Below are positions 20,243 to 32,959 of a stretch of DNA of 33,442 nt, piece by piece. The stretch is taken from assembly GCA_025201805.1 (NCBI GenBank), contig MU619330.1, forward strand, positions 51,622 to 85,063. The letters are read 5' to 3'. The stretch comes from Parasitella parasitica NRRL 2501 (lineage: Eukaryota; Fungi; Mucoromycota). The notes under the pieces were generated by a model. It did not search any database and was not told the DNA's origin. It worked only from the letters and a program-made list of their open reading frames with translations. The first letter of the stretch is position 1; each line of letters opens with the position of its first letter. Both the position numbers and the translations under genes were made by a program.

Positions 20243-22520
20243 TTATTTGTCCAAGTCAATGTTCTTTTCGGTCAACGTTTTTTGCAATTCATGAAACATT
20301 TCGATGAATTCTTCTCTTTCAGTCCTCAGGATGGCTAATTCTCTCGACAGCATGTTCTGGATTGAGATGGAATCATGAGCATCAGAAATATGTAGATAAA
20401 AAGTGAATAAACCTCATTTTTCTCCCGTAATTTGGCTGAGTGCTTGCACTTGAGCCTCAACTGCTTATTTTCTTTCTCGCCTTGCACCTGTAGATTAGCA
20501 AATTGCGCGTTATATAGCGTATTATAGTATCGAGTGTGGGCTTACAAACAAATGTTTCCATCGGTCCCTTTCCTTCTGCAACATGTCCTGTAAAATTTAG
20601 AAATTAATATAAATAGTGAACGCAATGCCTATAAAATGTGATCTACATTTACCATTTTCTTTTTTAAAAACGACATTTTTGATAATGTGAGATCCTTTAT
20701 CTTGTTGAATGTGCTGCGGTGCCTATTAAGCAGCAGGGCTCTTTTGCGGTTTACTTTGGATTGTATCTTTGCCATATCCTTCTCCCACTTTCGTTCTTGT
20801 TGAGCTATCAGAGGAAAGATCGACTGTAACGAAAAGGCTTTCATTTGCAATGACAATATACTCCATACCTGCGAATTCTTTTTGCTGTGTTTCCTTTTTC
20901 CCCAGTAAACTGGATAGTTGCTCGCTGGTGTTTTTTAAACGTTGGATAAACGATTTTTTCTCTTCAATATCCTGTTCATTACATCCACATGTATCATGAA
21001 AATGTTGCTTCTAGATTGATTTGAAATTATGCACATACGCTGTAAGCATCCTGCAATTTATCCTTTGAAAAGGAATTTAGTCGCCAGAAGTAAGCAATCA
21101 ATGGTACGAACTTTGTATTCGTCCAGCTTGTAGTTATGCCTATCGCTGTCTTTGGATACCGCAAACTCATTAGCAAGCGATACAACCCTTATTCTTTGTA
21201 ATTTTTCCAGTAAATCTAGTGTCATTAGGGTCTCTCTCTTGTGATATTTTAGGCATTCCTATTCAAATGTATCCAATGCTTTCAGTAATTGCATAAAATA
21301 CATTTGGGATAGACACACTCACATTCATGTGTGCAAAGACGGCGAATTGTCCTTGCGAGCATATGAACCTGGCCACGGTATGTGTTAGAAAGTAGTAATC
21401 TGTAATCACTGGTACTCCTGGTGAATTTTCCCCAGTTTGAGTGTCTGCAATATACTTGATCAAGGATCCTACAGCGACAACAAGTGTCAGCTAGCCAAAA
21501 AAGCAAAATATCTCTCTTCTTTTACTTAGATTGTCGAAACAATTCGATATTCCATTCACATTTGCATCGGCAGCTGTGCTTGCGCTTGGTAACAATTCGA
21601 TAAACTTGGGTTCCAAAAGGTCGAATAAGAAAAAACTGCCAAACCTATTCGTTGATGAATTGAATGTATTGATTTTTAATACACTGGGTATCTTTGAGCC
21701 CTTTAAAACCAATTTCCATATTTCCTCGATGCTGTTTACTTGCTTCATCCAATGGTCAAGGCCCTTTTTAATTAATGAGCTGCCTATGGTAGCAATGTAT
21801 GAGTAAGCGTTGGTTTATGCATGTATATTTGAAAAGGGTCATCCTACTGGCACAAACCACATTTCTTCTGAGATCATAGCAATACGTGTCAGTAAAACCA
21901 AAGAAAGCATACTCGATTTTAGTGTTTATCGGATCCAACTCGGCAGCCAAGCCGTCAAGGAGCGATTTCTTCTGCTCCTGCCTAAGGAATACATTCGACA
22001 CATTTATACAATGCAAATGGCTTACTACGTACTTTAACTTGAATGTGGCAAAACTCCCTCTGAATTGCTTTAGTTGCAGTTATATTCATACGCATTATTA
22101 CATGTACACCCACCCTACTTCCATAAACAAAGCGGCAACATTATGTCCTGTTCGAATATATGAAATACGGCACCCTAATTTACTTATAAAATCGCATTGT
22201 TATACCTTTTGCTACTAAATTTGCTAATGTATGTTTCTCTTCGTCAAAAGCCATCTTGTCAGGGTCATTACAGCATTTATCCACTTTCCATTCCAACCTA
22301 TTCTCTAACGCATTAGGGTCAGACACAGGAGATATATACAAGTTGTATACTTTTGGTGGACTTGTGCTTGAAGAATATCCTGCGAGCCTTCCTTCTTTTT
22401 AATAGACAGACAAGTGGAATGATCATGCGGATATAATTCTCGCAACTCTGCTTGCGTCTTATGGAGATGAACAAACGTTTTTATGCTGCTAATATGGACA
22501 GTAGCTAAATTTTTAAACAT
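20243..22520 (-). CDS. Multi-exon (about 15) protein with a degenerate N-terminal kinesin motor-like domain and a C-terminal coiled coil
   Basis: Exons join in frame over GT-AG introns from ATG 22520 to TAA 20243. Kinesin-like elements occur in canonical order (IKTFVHLHK, WKVDKCC, KGHNVAALF, IEYAFFGF..CYDL, GL....VNSIEEIWKLVLKG, GSFFLFDL, ETLMTL). The gene itself is well supported; the kinesin assignment is by-eye. Confidence 0.7.
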
Positions 22521-22596
22521 GAACGAAAACGAAAGAAAAAAACATTTTTTTATCATTTTGATGGAGTATCTACATAAAAAAAAAAAGGCTCCAAAT

Positions 22597-24325
22597 CTAG
22601 TGTGAAGGAAGATACTTGTAGGGGTTCATGATGCCATTAGGATCAAGCATGTTCTTCATTGTTTTCATCATCTTGATCATGACGGGAGACTTGGAATAGC
22701 CCAAGAATTCATTCTTTGCTACACCTAAACCATGCTCAGCACTAATGGATCCTTGATGATTAGCAACCCATTCAAACAGGTAGGGCTCTATCAGAGCAGA
22801 AACACGGCTTTCAAGACGACTGGCAGCAATGTTCAAATGCAGATTGCCATCACCAACATGACCATAGGCAACTACATCAGTTACTGGTGAATCAGGATGT
22901 CCAAATACACCGCCGTCTCTCAAATGCTGGCGCATATCTTCAACACACTCGTATAATTTGGGCACAGGCATAGAGATGTCATACTTGTAAACTGCAGGTT
23001 CCTTTCCAAGCGCCTCGGTAAAACCTTCACGCAGGCTCCAGAGTTCACGAATTTGTGTTTCGTCCTGTGCAACAACACCATCCTCTGCAACGCCATCCAC
23101 CATCATATTCTCGAGGTAATTTGTTAGTTTCTACAGTTGCTGTGTCAGCCTTATTTTTGCACGCAGAGACGACAATATTCGCACATTACCTCATCGTCGT
23201 GGTCCTTATTCGAACCGCTGGTTTCAATCAAAATATAGAATGGATATTCCTTTTCCATGACATCCTTGGGAGTAGCGTGCTTTTTAAACATCTCAAGGGC
23301 GTTGGCATCCCAGAATTCGAAAGCTATAGATGTAATTCAATCATTAGCCGCCATTGTCGTCATGGCATGTTATTGACTTACCAGACAAAATTTCTGAAAG
23401 CTCTACACGAGATTGCTTGAACGCCTTTTGGACATCTTCAAAAGAGTTCAAGCCCAAAAGAGCGACATTCACAGCCTTCGAACGGTGAGGGGTAAGGATG
23501 GACACGCCTGTGATAACACCAATTGTACCCTCAGATCCAATAAAAAGCTGCTTTAAATCGTAACCCGTGTTGTCCTTTCTCAAGGTGGACATGTTGTCTA
23601 AAATAGTGCCGTCAGGGAGCACAACTTCCAACCCAAGGACAGTGCCATGAAGAGATCCGTAGCGCAATAGTCTCAAACCGCCTGCGTTGGTAGCGATATT
23701 GCCGCCAATATGACAACTGCCCTTGGCTCCTAAATCCAATGGCATCATATAACCTTTTTCACCCAACCAATTGTCAAGTACTTCAAGCACACAGCCAGCA
23801 TCAGCTGTCAAGATACCTGCAAAGAAAATTGTATTACTAACTGGCTTTTCCCACCCCTTAAAAATTTGGAAATTTACCTGATACATTATCGAATCCGCGA
23901 ATTTTATTCATGCCCTGCAAACTCAAAACCACTTCGTCGAATACGGGAACCGATCCACCGACTAGACCAGTATTACCGCCTTGAGGTACAACAGCCAATC
24001 TGTACGGGCAATCAAGGATCAGTAACTTGTCGGCGACAAGATTCAAAAAAAAAAAGAGGACACTTACTTTTGTTGGTTACAGTATTTCAGGATAGCAGAT
24101 ACTTGTTGTGTAGTCTTTGGCTTCAATACAAGCTGTGATTTACCGCGAAACTTGTGCATCCAGTCGGTGTTGAAGGCGAATAAGTCGTCCTGATTGTCAT
24201 AGATAAGGCCATTTCCACCCACAATTGTTTTAAAATAGTCTACATCTTGGCCAGTGAGCTTTTTGTAGCAGCAACAACAAGTTAGTATTTCCTTGCAAGA
24301 GCCGCACAGCCAACAAAACTCCCTC

Positions 24326-24362
<37 letters not shown>

Positions 24363-24564
24363 AGTTACTCACCTTTTTGAAATTTTCATTGCGAACGTAA
24401 CCCGGGAACTTGTCGACAGTATAAGACACTTCTCTAGTTGCATAGGAACGGCGAGCACATAGCATAGGCACGGTTTTAACTGCAGTGTTTTGGACAATGG
24501 GCTTGATGGATGTCAAGGCTACTCTGCGGGAAGCCAATCGTAGGCGCGAAGCAATTGACAGCAT
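22597..24564 (-). CDS. DLD2: Mitochondrial D-2-hydroxyglutarate / D-lactate dehydrogenase (FAD-linked oxidase), multi-exon
   Basis: Arg-rich presequence; [93 protein letters not shown]. Confidence 0.96.
24331..24360. repeat. (TC)15 microsatellite in DLD2 intron 1
   Basis: Seen directly in the sequence. Confidence 0.95.
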
Positions 24565-25340
24565 GGTGTAATGAATGCTTATAAATATATATATATATGA
24601 AAAGAAAAAGAGAGAAGAGGAAGAAAGATGCAGGATCCACTATTAATTGACGAAAGCGGGGTGGATTTATGTAACTATCCAAAAGCGAGGGGGTTGTGTG
24701 GTGAGTCAGTCGTCTACTTTTATGGGCCAAAAAGATGTGCTTTGGGTTTGACTCCCGCAAAGAAAAAGGATGATCCTTGTGATACTGCACCGTATAGCAA
24801 CTTTTTGAATTGCATAATCTAACATACTTTTCAATCAACTACTCTATAGTGAACATGTCTATACAACAGATGCTGCTAAATTGAATCATCTTTCATCTCG
24901 CTGCCTTATCTAATCTTGCTATGTTACACAGAACGATCTTTTTTGATGTTGACACTAGTCAAGGTGCCAACGACGATGGCGTCAAATCTTATAAAGTTGG
25001 TGCTGTTTGAACGACGATAGGTCGAGTTTTTCATTAGGGGCTACTCGTTAAAATGTACATGAATCGATGGTGATCTTGATTCAGGATTTTTAGTGCTATT
25101 TAGCGGTAGCTTTTCAGAATTCTCGCGGATATGCATTTCTAATATAACTGACTCTTGCTTTATTGGCTAGTGGACATCTTCCACCAGACAATTGCGAATT
25201 TTTTTCAAGTTGTTCATGTGGGTGAACCGTGGGCTGCTGATGCTTTTTTCACGCCCAGTAGTGGCAATATATTTTTGAAACAGATTTATCCTTTTTCTCT
25301 CTCCTTTTTCTTTATATCATCGTTCTGCTTATCTGTGGAA

Positions 25341-28014
25341 ATGACCAGTAGTCCCCAAGGGCGCATTATCAATGTTACTCATCAGATTCCCTACGAACTA
25401 GCCTTGGAAAATGAGATTTGGAACATCACTCCTCGACGAGGACATGGCGCAATGTATGATGGAATTCATTCATTGCAACATCAATGGGAGATTCTGTTCA
25501 TTGGCTGGACTGGCCACATCAATCAAGTAGAGCAGGAATTGGATGGGCACATCAGAGGACCAGCCCATCATTTCAGCAAGTCGCAAAAGGCGCAAGTGTT
25601 CAAGATATTGAAAGATAAATACCAGTGCTTGCCACTATTTATGGGCGGGGAGATTGTTTCTGGCCATTACGATGGTTACTGCAAAACGAGTAATGATAAA
25701 GCAGAGCAAGGACAGAACATTGTTATATTCTAACGCGCCGAAAAACACTAGTGCTGTGGCCCTTGCTACACTATATGATTTGGAATAATGCCACTGACGG
25801 TAGATTGGAGCGAAAACAATGGGAAGCGTATGCAAAGGTCAACCAGCTTTATGCTGATTTTGTATCCGACGTGTATCAGGAGGGAGACATCAGTATGTGT
25901 AGTAGCTCAAGTTCTACATAACTCAAGCTAATCTCTCGATATTCACTGTAGTCTGGGTGCATGATTATCATCTACTGCTAGTTCCATCCATGATAAGAGC
26001 AAAACATCCAAAGGCTCGGATTGGATTATTCGTCCACTCGCCCTTCCCCACCTCCGAGATCTTTCGATGCTTACCAAGTAGGACACTTTTCCATTCATGC
26101 AAGTGGTCGCATGTACTCACACCTGATTATTATTATTGTTATTATTATTATTATTATTATTATTTAGAGAGACAAGAAATTCTAAAAGGCATCATCGGAG
26201 CCAATCTCGTCGGATTTCAGGTACGTTGACACTACTTTTCTGCGTGACAACAGATCACCGCCTCAACGTTCTTTCCCAGACATACGCCTATGCTCGACAT
26301 TTCCTTTCAACGTGCACACGAGTGCTTGGGTACGAATCTACACCTGAAGGATTGGGATGTCTTGACGGGCATTTTTGTCATGTGGGCACATTTCCCATTG
26401 GAGTGGATCCAGTGGAGATCGCATCACGGTGCCAGGCACTCAGCGTACAATCCAAAATCAAAGCAATAAAAGAAATGTATGCCGGCAAAAAGATCCTGGT
26501 CGGCAGAGACAAAATTGATCTTGTCAAGGGGGTGCTTCAGAAAATGGCTGCGTTCGAAAAGTTTTTGGTTGATTTTCCAGAATGGAGGAACAAGGTGGTC
26601 ATGATTCAACTGACTGACGGTTCCACTAACGAATCTGCAAAATTGGAACACAAAGTCTCTGAAATTGTAGCACACATTAATAATAAATATGGAAATCTAG
26701 AGTTTTCGCCGGTCTATCATTTTCATCACCAAATTCAGTTGGACGAGTATTATGCCCTGCTATCCACTGCAGACGCTGCAGTCATTACCGCCAATAGGGA
26801 CGGTATGAACACTACCAGTTTAGAGTATGTCATTTGCCAGGAGGATCGGCATGGTCCTCTGATCCTGTCCGAATTGACAGGCACGGCTGGTTCTCTTAGT
26901 TCTGCTTTAATGGTGAATCCTTGGGATTATGCTGATGTTGCAAAAGCTATAAATGAATCCTTGCTTATGTCAAAGGAAGAGAAACAATCAAGGCATATGG
27001 TGAGTTGGCTATGTGCGCATTGGATTGCAAAGTGTCGCTTAAGTGCCTCCTTTTTTTTTCTATAGCAAATGCTGGCACATGTAAAGACGCATACTGCATC
27101 CTTCTGGGCTCAATCTTTTGTCAAAGTGCTTCAAGAATCTATCGCTGCCTCAGAGCAATCAAGTTATACCCCGATTTTAGAAAAGAACGAGCTCTTGAGG
27201 CGCTATCATGGCTCTAAAAAGCGTCTTTTATGCTTTGACTACGATGTAGGTGGATACGACCAGTGGTAATTCAAACTTGATACTGACGAAATGACAGGGC
27301 ACATTATCGGCAGTGAGAAAGACGCCAGGATCGAGGGCGCCTACTCCAGCCATGTTACAAGCCCTTCAATCGCTGTGCAACGATTCTAGGAATCAGGTAT
27401 GGGCTATTTCAGGTAGAGATGAAGCGACATTAGACCAATGGCTCGGCCAAGTGAAAGGACTAGGATTAAGTGCAGAACACGGCAGTTTTGTCAAATATCC
27501 CAAAAGCAATCGCTGGATTAATCTGCTAGAGCATTTTGACATGAGCTGGAAGCATGATGTGTTGGATATCTTTACATATTATGCAGAGAGAACCACGGGC
27601 AGCTTTATCGAGCACAAAAGGTGTTCTGTTACATGGCATTATCGACTTGCCGATCCTGAATACGGGGCGTTTCAGTCAAAAGAATGCCAAAACCATTTGG
27701 AAAACGCTATCCTCTCAAAAATGCCTGTGGAAGTTTTGGTGGGTAACAAGAATTTGGAGGTTCGGCCTACAGCTACGAATAAAGGCGAGATTATCAAGAG
27801 ACTTTTGTCTGCGAACCAAGACATCGACCTCATCATGTGTTGCGGCGATGACAGAACAAATGAAGACATGTTCAAGATGTTGAAAAAGATAGATTCGCCT
27901 GAATTACCTGTGTTTACGGTCGTTGTCGGCATGGAAGACAAAAAGACAATGGCGGCCTGGAGACTGCCAACTGTGGAAGATGTGCTGAGCACTATCCAAG
28001 GCCTGACAGTTTAA
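25341..28014 (+). CDS. TPS2: Trehalose-6-phosphate phosphatase/synthase, Tps2-type (GT20 plus HAD phosphatase domain), 7 exons
   Basis: RIINVTHQIP, WVHDYHLLLVP, HSPFPTSEIFRCLP, GRDKIDLVKG, RDGMNTTSLEY (Tps2-type rather than Tps1), FDYD|GTL, ISGRD, LSAEHG, KNLEVRP, GDDRTNEDMF. Confidence 0.92.
26126..26164. repeat. (ATT)n microsatellite at the 3' end of a TPS2 intron
   Basis: About 13 imperfect ATT units ending just before the tttag acceptor. Confidence 0.9.
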
Positions 28015-28472
28015 TGAATTCAACAAAACCGTGCATTGTTTTGGAACATAATGATAGTCGTCTTGTACATTTTTAGTTATACATCTTTATATGGCAATTG
28101 ATCATCACTGCTATAGTATTTACATGACAACACTTTTAATAAAAATCAATCCTTTTCGCTGATAAATTGACGTGCATTCCTCTCTACTGTATATCTTGCC
28201 TATTACTGAGGACAAGTGCCTAATACGACATCATCTTACATCAATTGAATAGTATCCCTTTGCTTCGACAGCTGCCACATACTATCTGTCAATCTATAAC
28301 TCATACATTCTTGTATACAACCTCAACTTGTATATAACAATAGGAAATTATATCATCTATTTAAAACAGAACCCATCCAAAGAATGGAACAGCCTTTTTT
28401 ATATATGAATTTTTTCCAGAAAACGAGAATGATAATTTCCTTCTTCTTCTTCTCTCCTGGTATTCATACAAT

Positions 28473-31400
28473 ATGGGTAGTTCGGAAAATAAAAAAGCAG
28501 AAGAGAAGCCATTGCCATCAACAACACCAGCAGCAGCAGCATCATCATCATCATCCATAACCAACAGCCATGAAGAAAATCTTAAAAAAAAGCCGCTGCC
28601 CAATGCCAATCTACGAGTAGAAACAAACAATATAGGAACACCACAGTCATCGCAGAACACAGGATCACAGAGAATGTATCCAGCAGCAGCAGGGTCGATT
28701 ATGAGCAATTCAGCTACTCCAATGACTACTACAACAACTGCTACAAATAGAACTCGACATTACTCGACCAACAACAATACTCGACCTAGGAAAACCGAAT
28801 TGCCTACAGATACTAGGCCAGAACGGACACAGAGGCCTGAGGATTTGAGACGGGCTCAATATTTGGTCAACTCATCTAGTCATTCCAATGCCCCTAAAAG
28901 CGCTGATGACAAGGATAAAACAAACAGGTCAAAAAGAAAGCCTGCAAACTGCTGGACAACAACTAGTTGGATTTTGACGTGGTGGGCACCTCCCTTTATG
29001 TTGCGAACATTTGGTGAATATTATAGCTTAACCGGAAGAGATATCAACCAAACTAACACTGCATATTACAGGTATTAAAGATAAAAACATGCAGCAGGCA
29101 TGGCGTGAAAAGGTATCTCTAGTCCAGGTTATTATCTTTTTATGTGGTGTTGTTGGCTTCTTGACATTTGGCTTCAATGCCACCGTGTGTGGTCGACAAG
29201 CTAATCGCATTCGTCCTACGGGCGTCGAGTACAACCATATTGTCATTTCTGGAAGAGCTTTTGACTTGAAATCGTTTAGACACCCAACACCTGTGATTGA
29301 TATGCCTGGCAGTGGCGACCTGCAAGAGTTGGGCGTCGGTGGTCGTGATTTATCATTTCTTTTTCAGACTGTGAATTATAACTGCAAAGGCATTCTGAAG
29401 CCTATTCAGTCTGATGATGACAATGGCAATGTAGTTAACTATTTTCCTTGCGTCACACTAGATAGACTAAATCCCAAAGTCAATTCTACTGACAATCCTC
29501 AGCGCAATGGCTGCCATATCAGTACAAAATCTCGCTTGGCTCTGCGTCGTTTGGATGTCGTCGGCGATGTGTACTACAACTGGACAGACATCCAAAAACC
29601 AGGCACTAGTTTGGTCGCTTTCAATGGGTAAAGGGCTTCTTTTATGTACAATTGGAATGCCAACTAAATTTATGACCTAGAAATGTGCTGGACTTATCTC
29701 GTTTACGTTATCTCACGCCAAACATCCCTCTGCCAATCCAGGTAGCTCAAATTGTAGGCCCTGGTAGTGCATTCATCGGCAGAGACGCCACCTACTGGCT
29801 CAGTACAACGGCTGATCGACTACAGATTGGCAAGTGCCTCACTGATATCCTTAAAGTGGGCGTAGTCGATACAAGGTCAACTGGCTGCATTATTTCCGAT
29901 ATTGTTTTGTGGGTATCGCTCGCCGTCATCTTGGGCGTGGTCCTGATCCGCTTCTTTTTGGCTCTTGTTTTTGGCTGGTTTATATCCTGGAACCTTGGCA
30001 GTATTCGAGAAGAAACCGACCAAGACCGGCGAAAACGGCAAGAAAAGGTGCTTGAATGGGAAATGAACAATGCGGAAGAAATGCACTACCCAAGAACACA
30101 AAGCATTGCTTCTATTCCGGTTGCGTCTGTAGTCTCTCAAACAGGGCCTGCTGTGCCAGCACCTTTGACGGCTGCTGATGTGCGAAATTCATTTGCTACC
30201 GATGAGATGCCTCATTCAGCCATCAACTCGCCGCAATTGAACCAGCAGCAGAAGGCCAAGCGCCGTTTCTTCCCTACCACTTCAAGATTCACGCAGCCTA
30301 ATTCGCCGCGCTCCCTCAGCAGCTCGCGCCATTTTGGCACACCTGCTAGTATGCTGGATGGCAGCTACAGCAACATGGCTTCACCAAACGTACCTTATAC
30401 CCTGGGCTCGCAATTCTTTCGGAACATGGACGACAATCAATCGCAAAACAACGCTTCTATCCTGCAAGCACAAACACACAATTTTAATTTCGACCTCATT
30501 CACACGTTTATGGTAGTTACCTGTTATTCTGAAGGCGAGGAAGGGTTGCGCACCACACTGGACTCCCTAGCCAACACGGATTACCCTAGTTCGCACAAAA
30601 TGTTGCTGGTCATCTGTGATGGCATCATCACTGGCTCTGGAAATGGCAGCTCCACGCCTGATATTGTCCTGTCCATGATGAAAGATGATCTCGTACCTCG
30701 CGAACAAGTGCAACCTTCGTCGTATGTCGCCATTGCAGACGGTACAAAGCGCCATAACATGGCTAAAGTCTACGCGGGCTATTACAGCTACAACACTGAC
30801 TCTTCCAAGAATCCGGAAGTTGTCCCCGAAGACCAGCAGCAACTGGTACCAATGATTGTAATCGTAAAGTGCGGCACAGAGGCTGAAGCATCAGACAAAA
30901 AACCCGGCAATCGTGGCAAACGTGATAGTCAGGTCATTTTGATGAACACCATGCAGAAGGTATATTACGGTGAGCGCATGTGTGATCTAGAATATCAGTT
31001 TTGTAAAGCCATTGTCAAATTAACTGGGAATCATCCTTCACGATTTGAAACATGCTTGATGGTAGGTTTATCTCGAAAGATCATGCCGGCTCCAATTAAT
31101 CGTTTTTTTTTTTGGGGGGAAAGGTCGATGCTGATACCAAGGTATATCCAGATTCTTTAGCACGAATGATAGCCTGCATGTCTCGAGATCCTTATATTAT
31201 GGGTTTGTGTGGCGAGACCAAGATTGCGAATAAAGGTGATAGCTGGGTCACTGCTATTCAAGGTTTGTGCACAAACGAACACAGAATCGTTTAGTTTTTT
31301 TCCAAATTCTCACTCTTTTTTTTTTCCTATAGTGTTTGAGTATTATATATCTCATCATATGAGCAAAGCCTTTGAATCAATCTTTGGGGGCGTTACATGT

Positions 31401-32294
31401 TTGCCCGGATGTTTCTGTATGTACCGAATTATTGCTCCCAAGGGCGACCGCTACGTGCCCATCTTTTGCTCGTCGGATATTGTTGAAATGTACTGCGAAA
31501 ACGTGGTGGATACGCTTCATAAAAAGAACCTGCTTCTTTTAGGCGAGGATAGATACTTGACTACATTGATGCTTCGAACGTTCCCCAAACGAAAGATGAT
31601 TTTTGTACCCCAAGCAGTAAGTCTATAGGCCCTAGGTGCTGCATGATTTGCTGGCTGCTTGCCTAATTCATATTTTTAGGTGTGCAAAACTGTTGTCCCT
31701 GATACCTTTGAAGTCCTGCTATCGCAAAGACGCAGGTGGATCAACTCGACTGTACACAACTTGCTGGAGCTTGTTTTAATTCGAGATTTATGCGGTACAT
31801 TTTGCTTTTCAATGCAGTTTGTTGTGTTCATGGAACTGGTGGGCACGGTTGTTCTACCTGCTGCTATTTCATTTACAGTGTATCTAATCATCATCTCCTT
31901 CTTTGTCACCCCCATTCCAATTATCCCTCTCATGCTGCTGGCTGCTATCCTTGGTTTGCCTGCTGTTTTGATAGCTTTGACTACTCGAAAGATGGTGTAC
32001 ATTGGTTGGATGGGCGTTTATTTGCTCTCGCTACCCATTTGGAACTTTATCTTGCCTGCTTACGCCTATTGGCACTTTGACGACTTTTCATGGGGTCAAA
32101 CTCGAATGGTGGAGGGAGCAACTACAGAAAAATGCGAAGACCATGGACGAAGAGAGGGAGAATTCGATAGTACGGGTATTATCATGAGAAAGTTTGAGGA
32201 ATGGGCAAAGCAAGAAAGAAAATTAATGGCAGAAGAGAGAATGTCGTCCTCGACTATGATTAGAAATTATCCAAAAGTGTATTATGGTCATTAA
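28473..32294 (+). CDS. Chitin synthase, division 2, class IV (Chs3-like), 6 exons
   Basis: [87 protein letters not shown]; no myosin motor domain. Confidence 0.96.
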
Positions 32295-32959
32295 TTATCT
32301 ATCCACGAACACACAAACATTACACTACTACTGGCAAATAAAATATAATAGACATTTTGCTCTTCTTATGTAAATAAAAGTTTTACTGGAGCTTACGGAA
32401 ATCTTAAATGGCGGATTTGATAATTCAACCTTCTCTTGCATTAGAGGATAATCCTAGTACATTTCAAAACAGTTCATGAAACGTTAAATCATGTACAAGA
32501 GAGTGGAAGCACCTATTGTTATAGATATCTCAGATAATTGCCTTTAATGAGCTTTACTTGAAAAATAACAGAGCCTGCCGGTATATGATGCATTAAGATA
32601 AAATATTCTTGAATATTTACATGGAATCAATGATTCGACGGTAAATAAATATGGGAGGGCAGTTTTTGCGAATTTTAATCAAGTGTTGCTAGTCATAGTC
32701 TTGGTATCTTAGGATCAAGCCTCGATAAGATCCCTTCGAGCTTCATGATTTGGGGTGGTACTTGATAGTACAAAAAAATTATCAAATTCAGTCATTGGGT
32801 CTTAGAGCAAGCAAACAGGAGGAGAGTAACGCAATCTAACCTTCAAGATAAACTCAGAGATATCGAGTAATTCTAACAAAAGGCATTTGCTTCCTTTTTT
32901 TCAACTATGCGTCAATTTGAGCTGTAGTATTGCAAGCATTTTAATAGTAATCGGCAAAT

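Noticed and set aside
22568-22599. Stop-codon read-through of DLD2 giving a peroxisomal isoform
   Set aside because: The context is TAG ATT rather than TGA CTA, and the extension (IWSLFFFM) has no PTS1.
12795-32187. Many antisense and alternative-frame ORFs inside ECM29, DLD2, TPS2 and the chitin synthase gene
   Set aside because: Shadow ORFs of real coding exons with no independent motifs.
25341-32294. TPS2 next to chitin synthase as a functional cluster
   Set aside because: Adjacency of two housekeeping genes is the only evidence; no shared regulatory element is visible.
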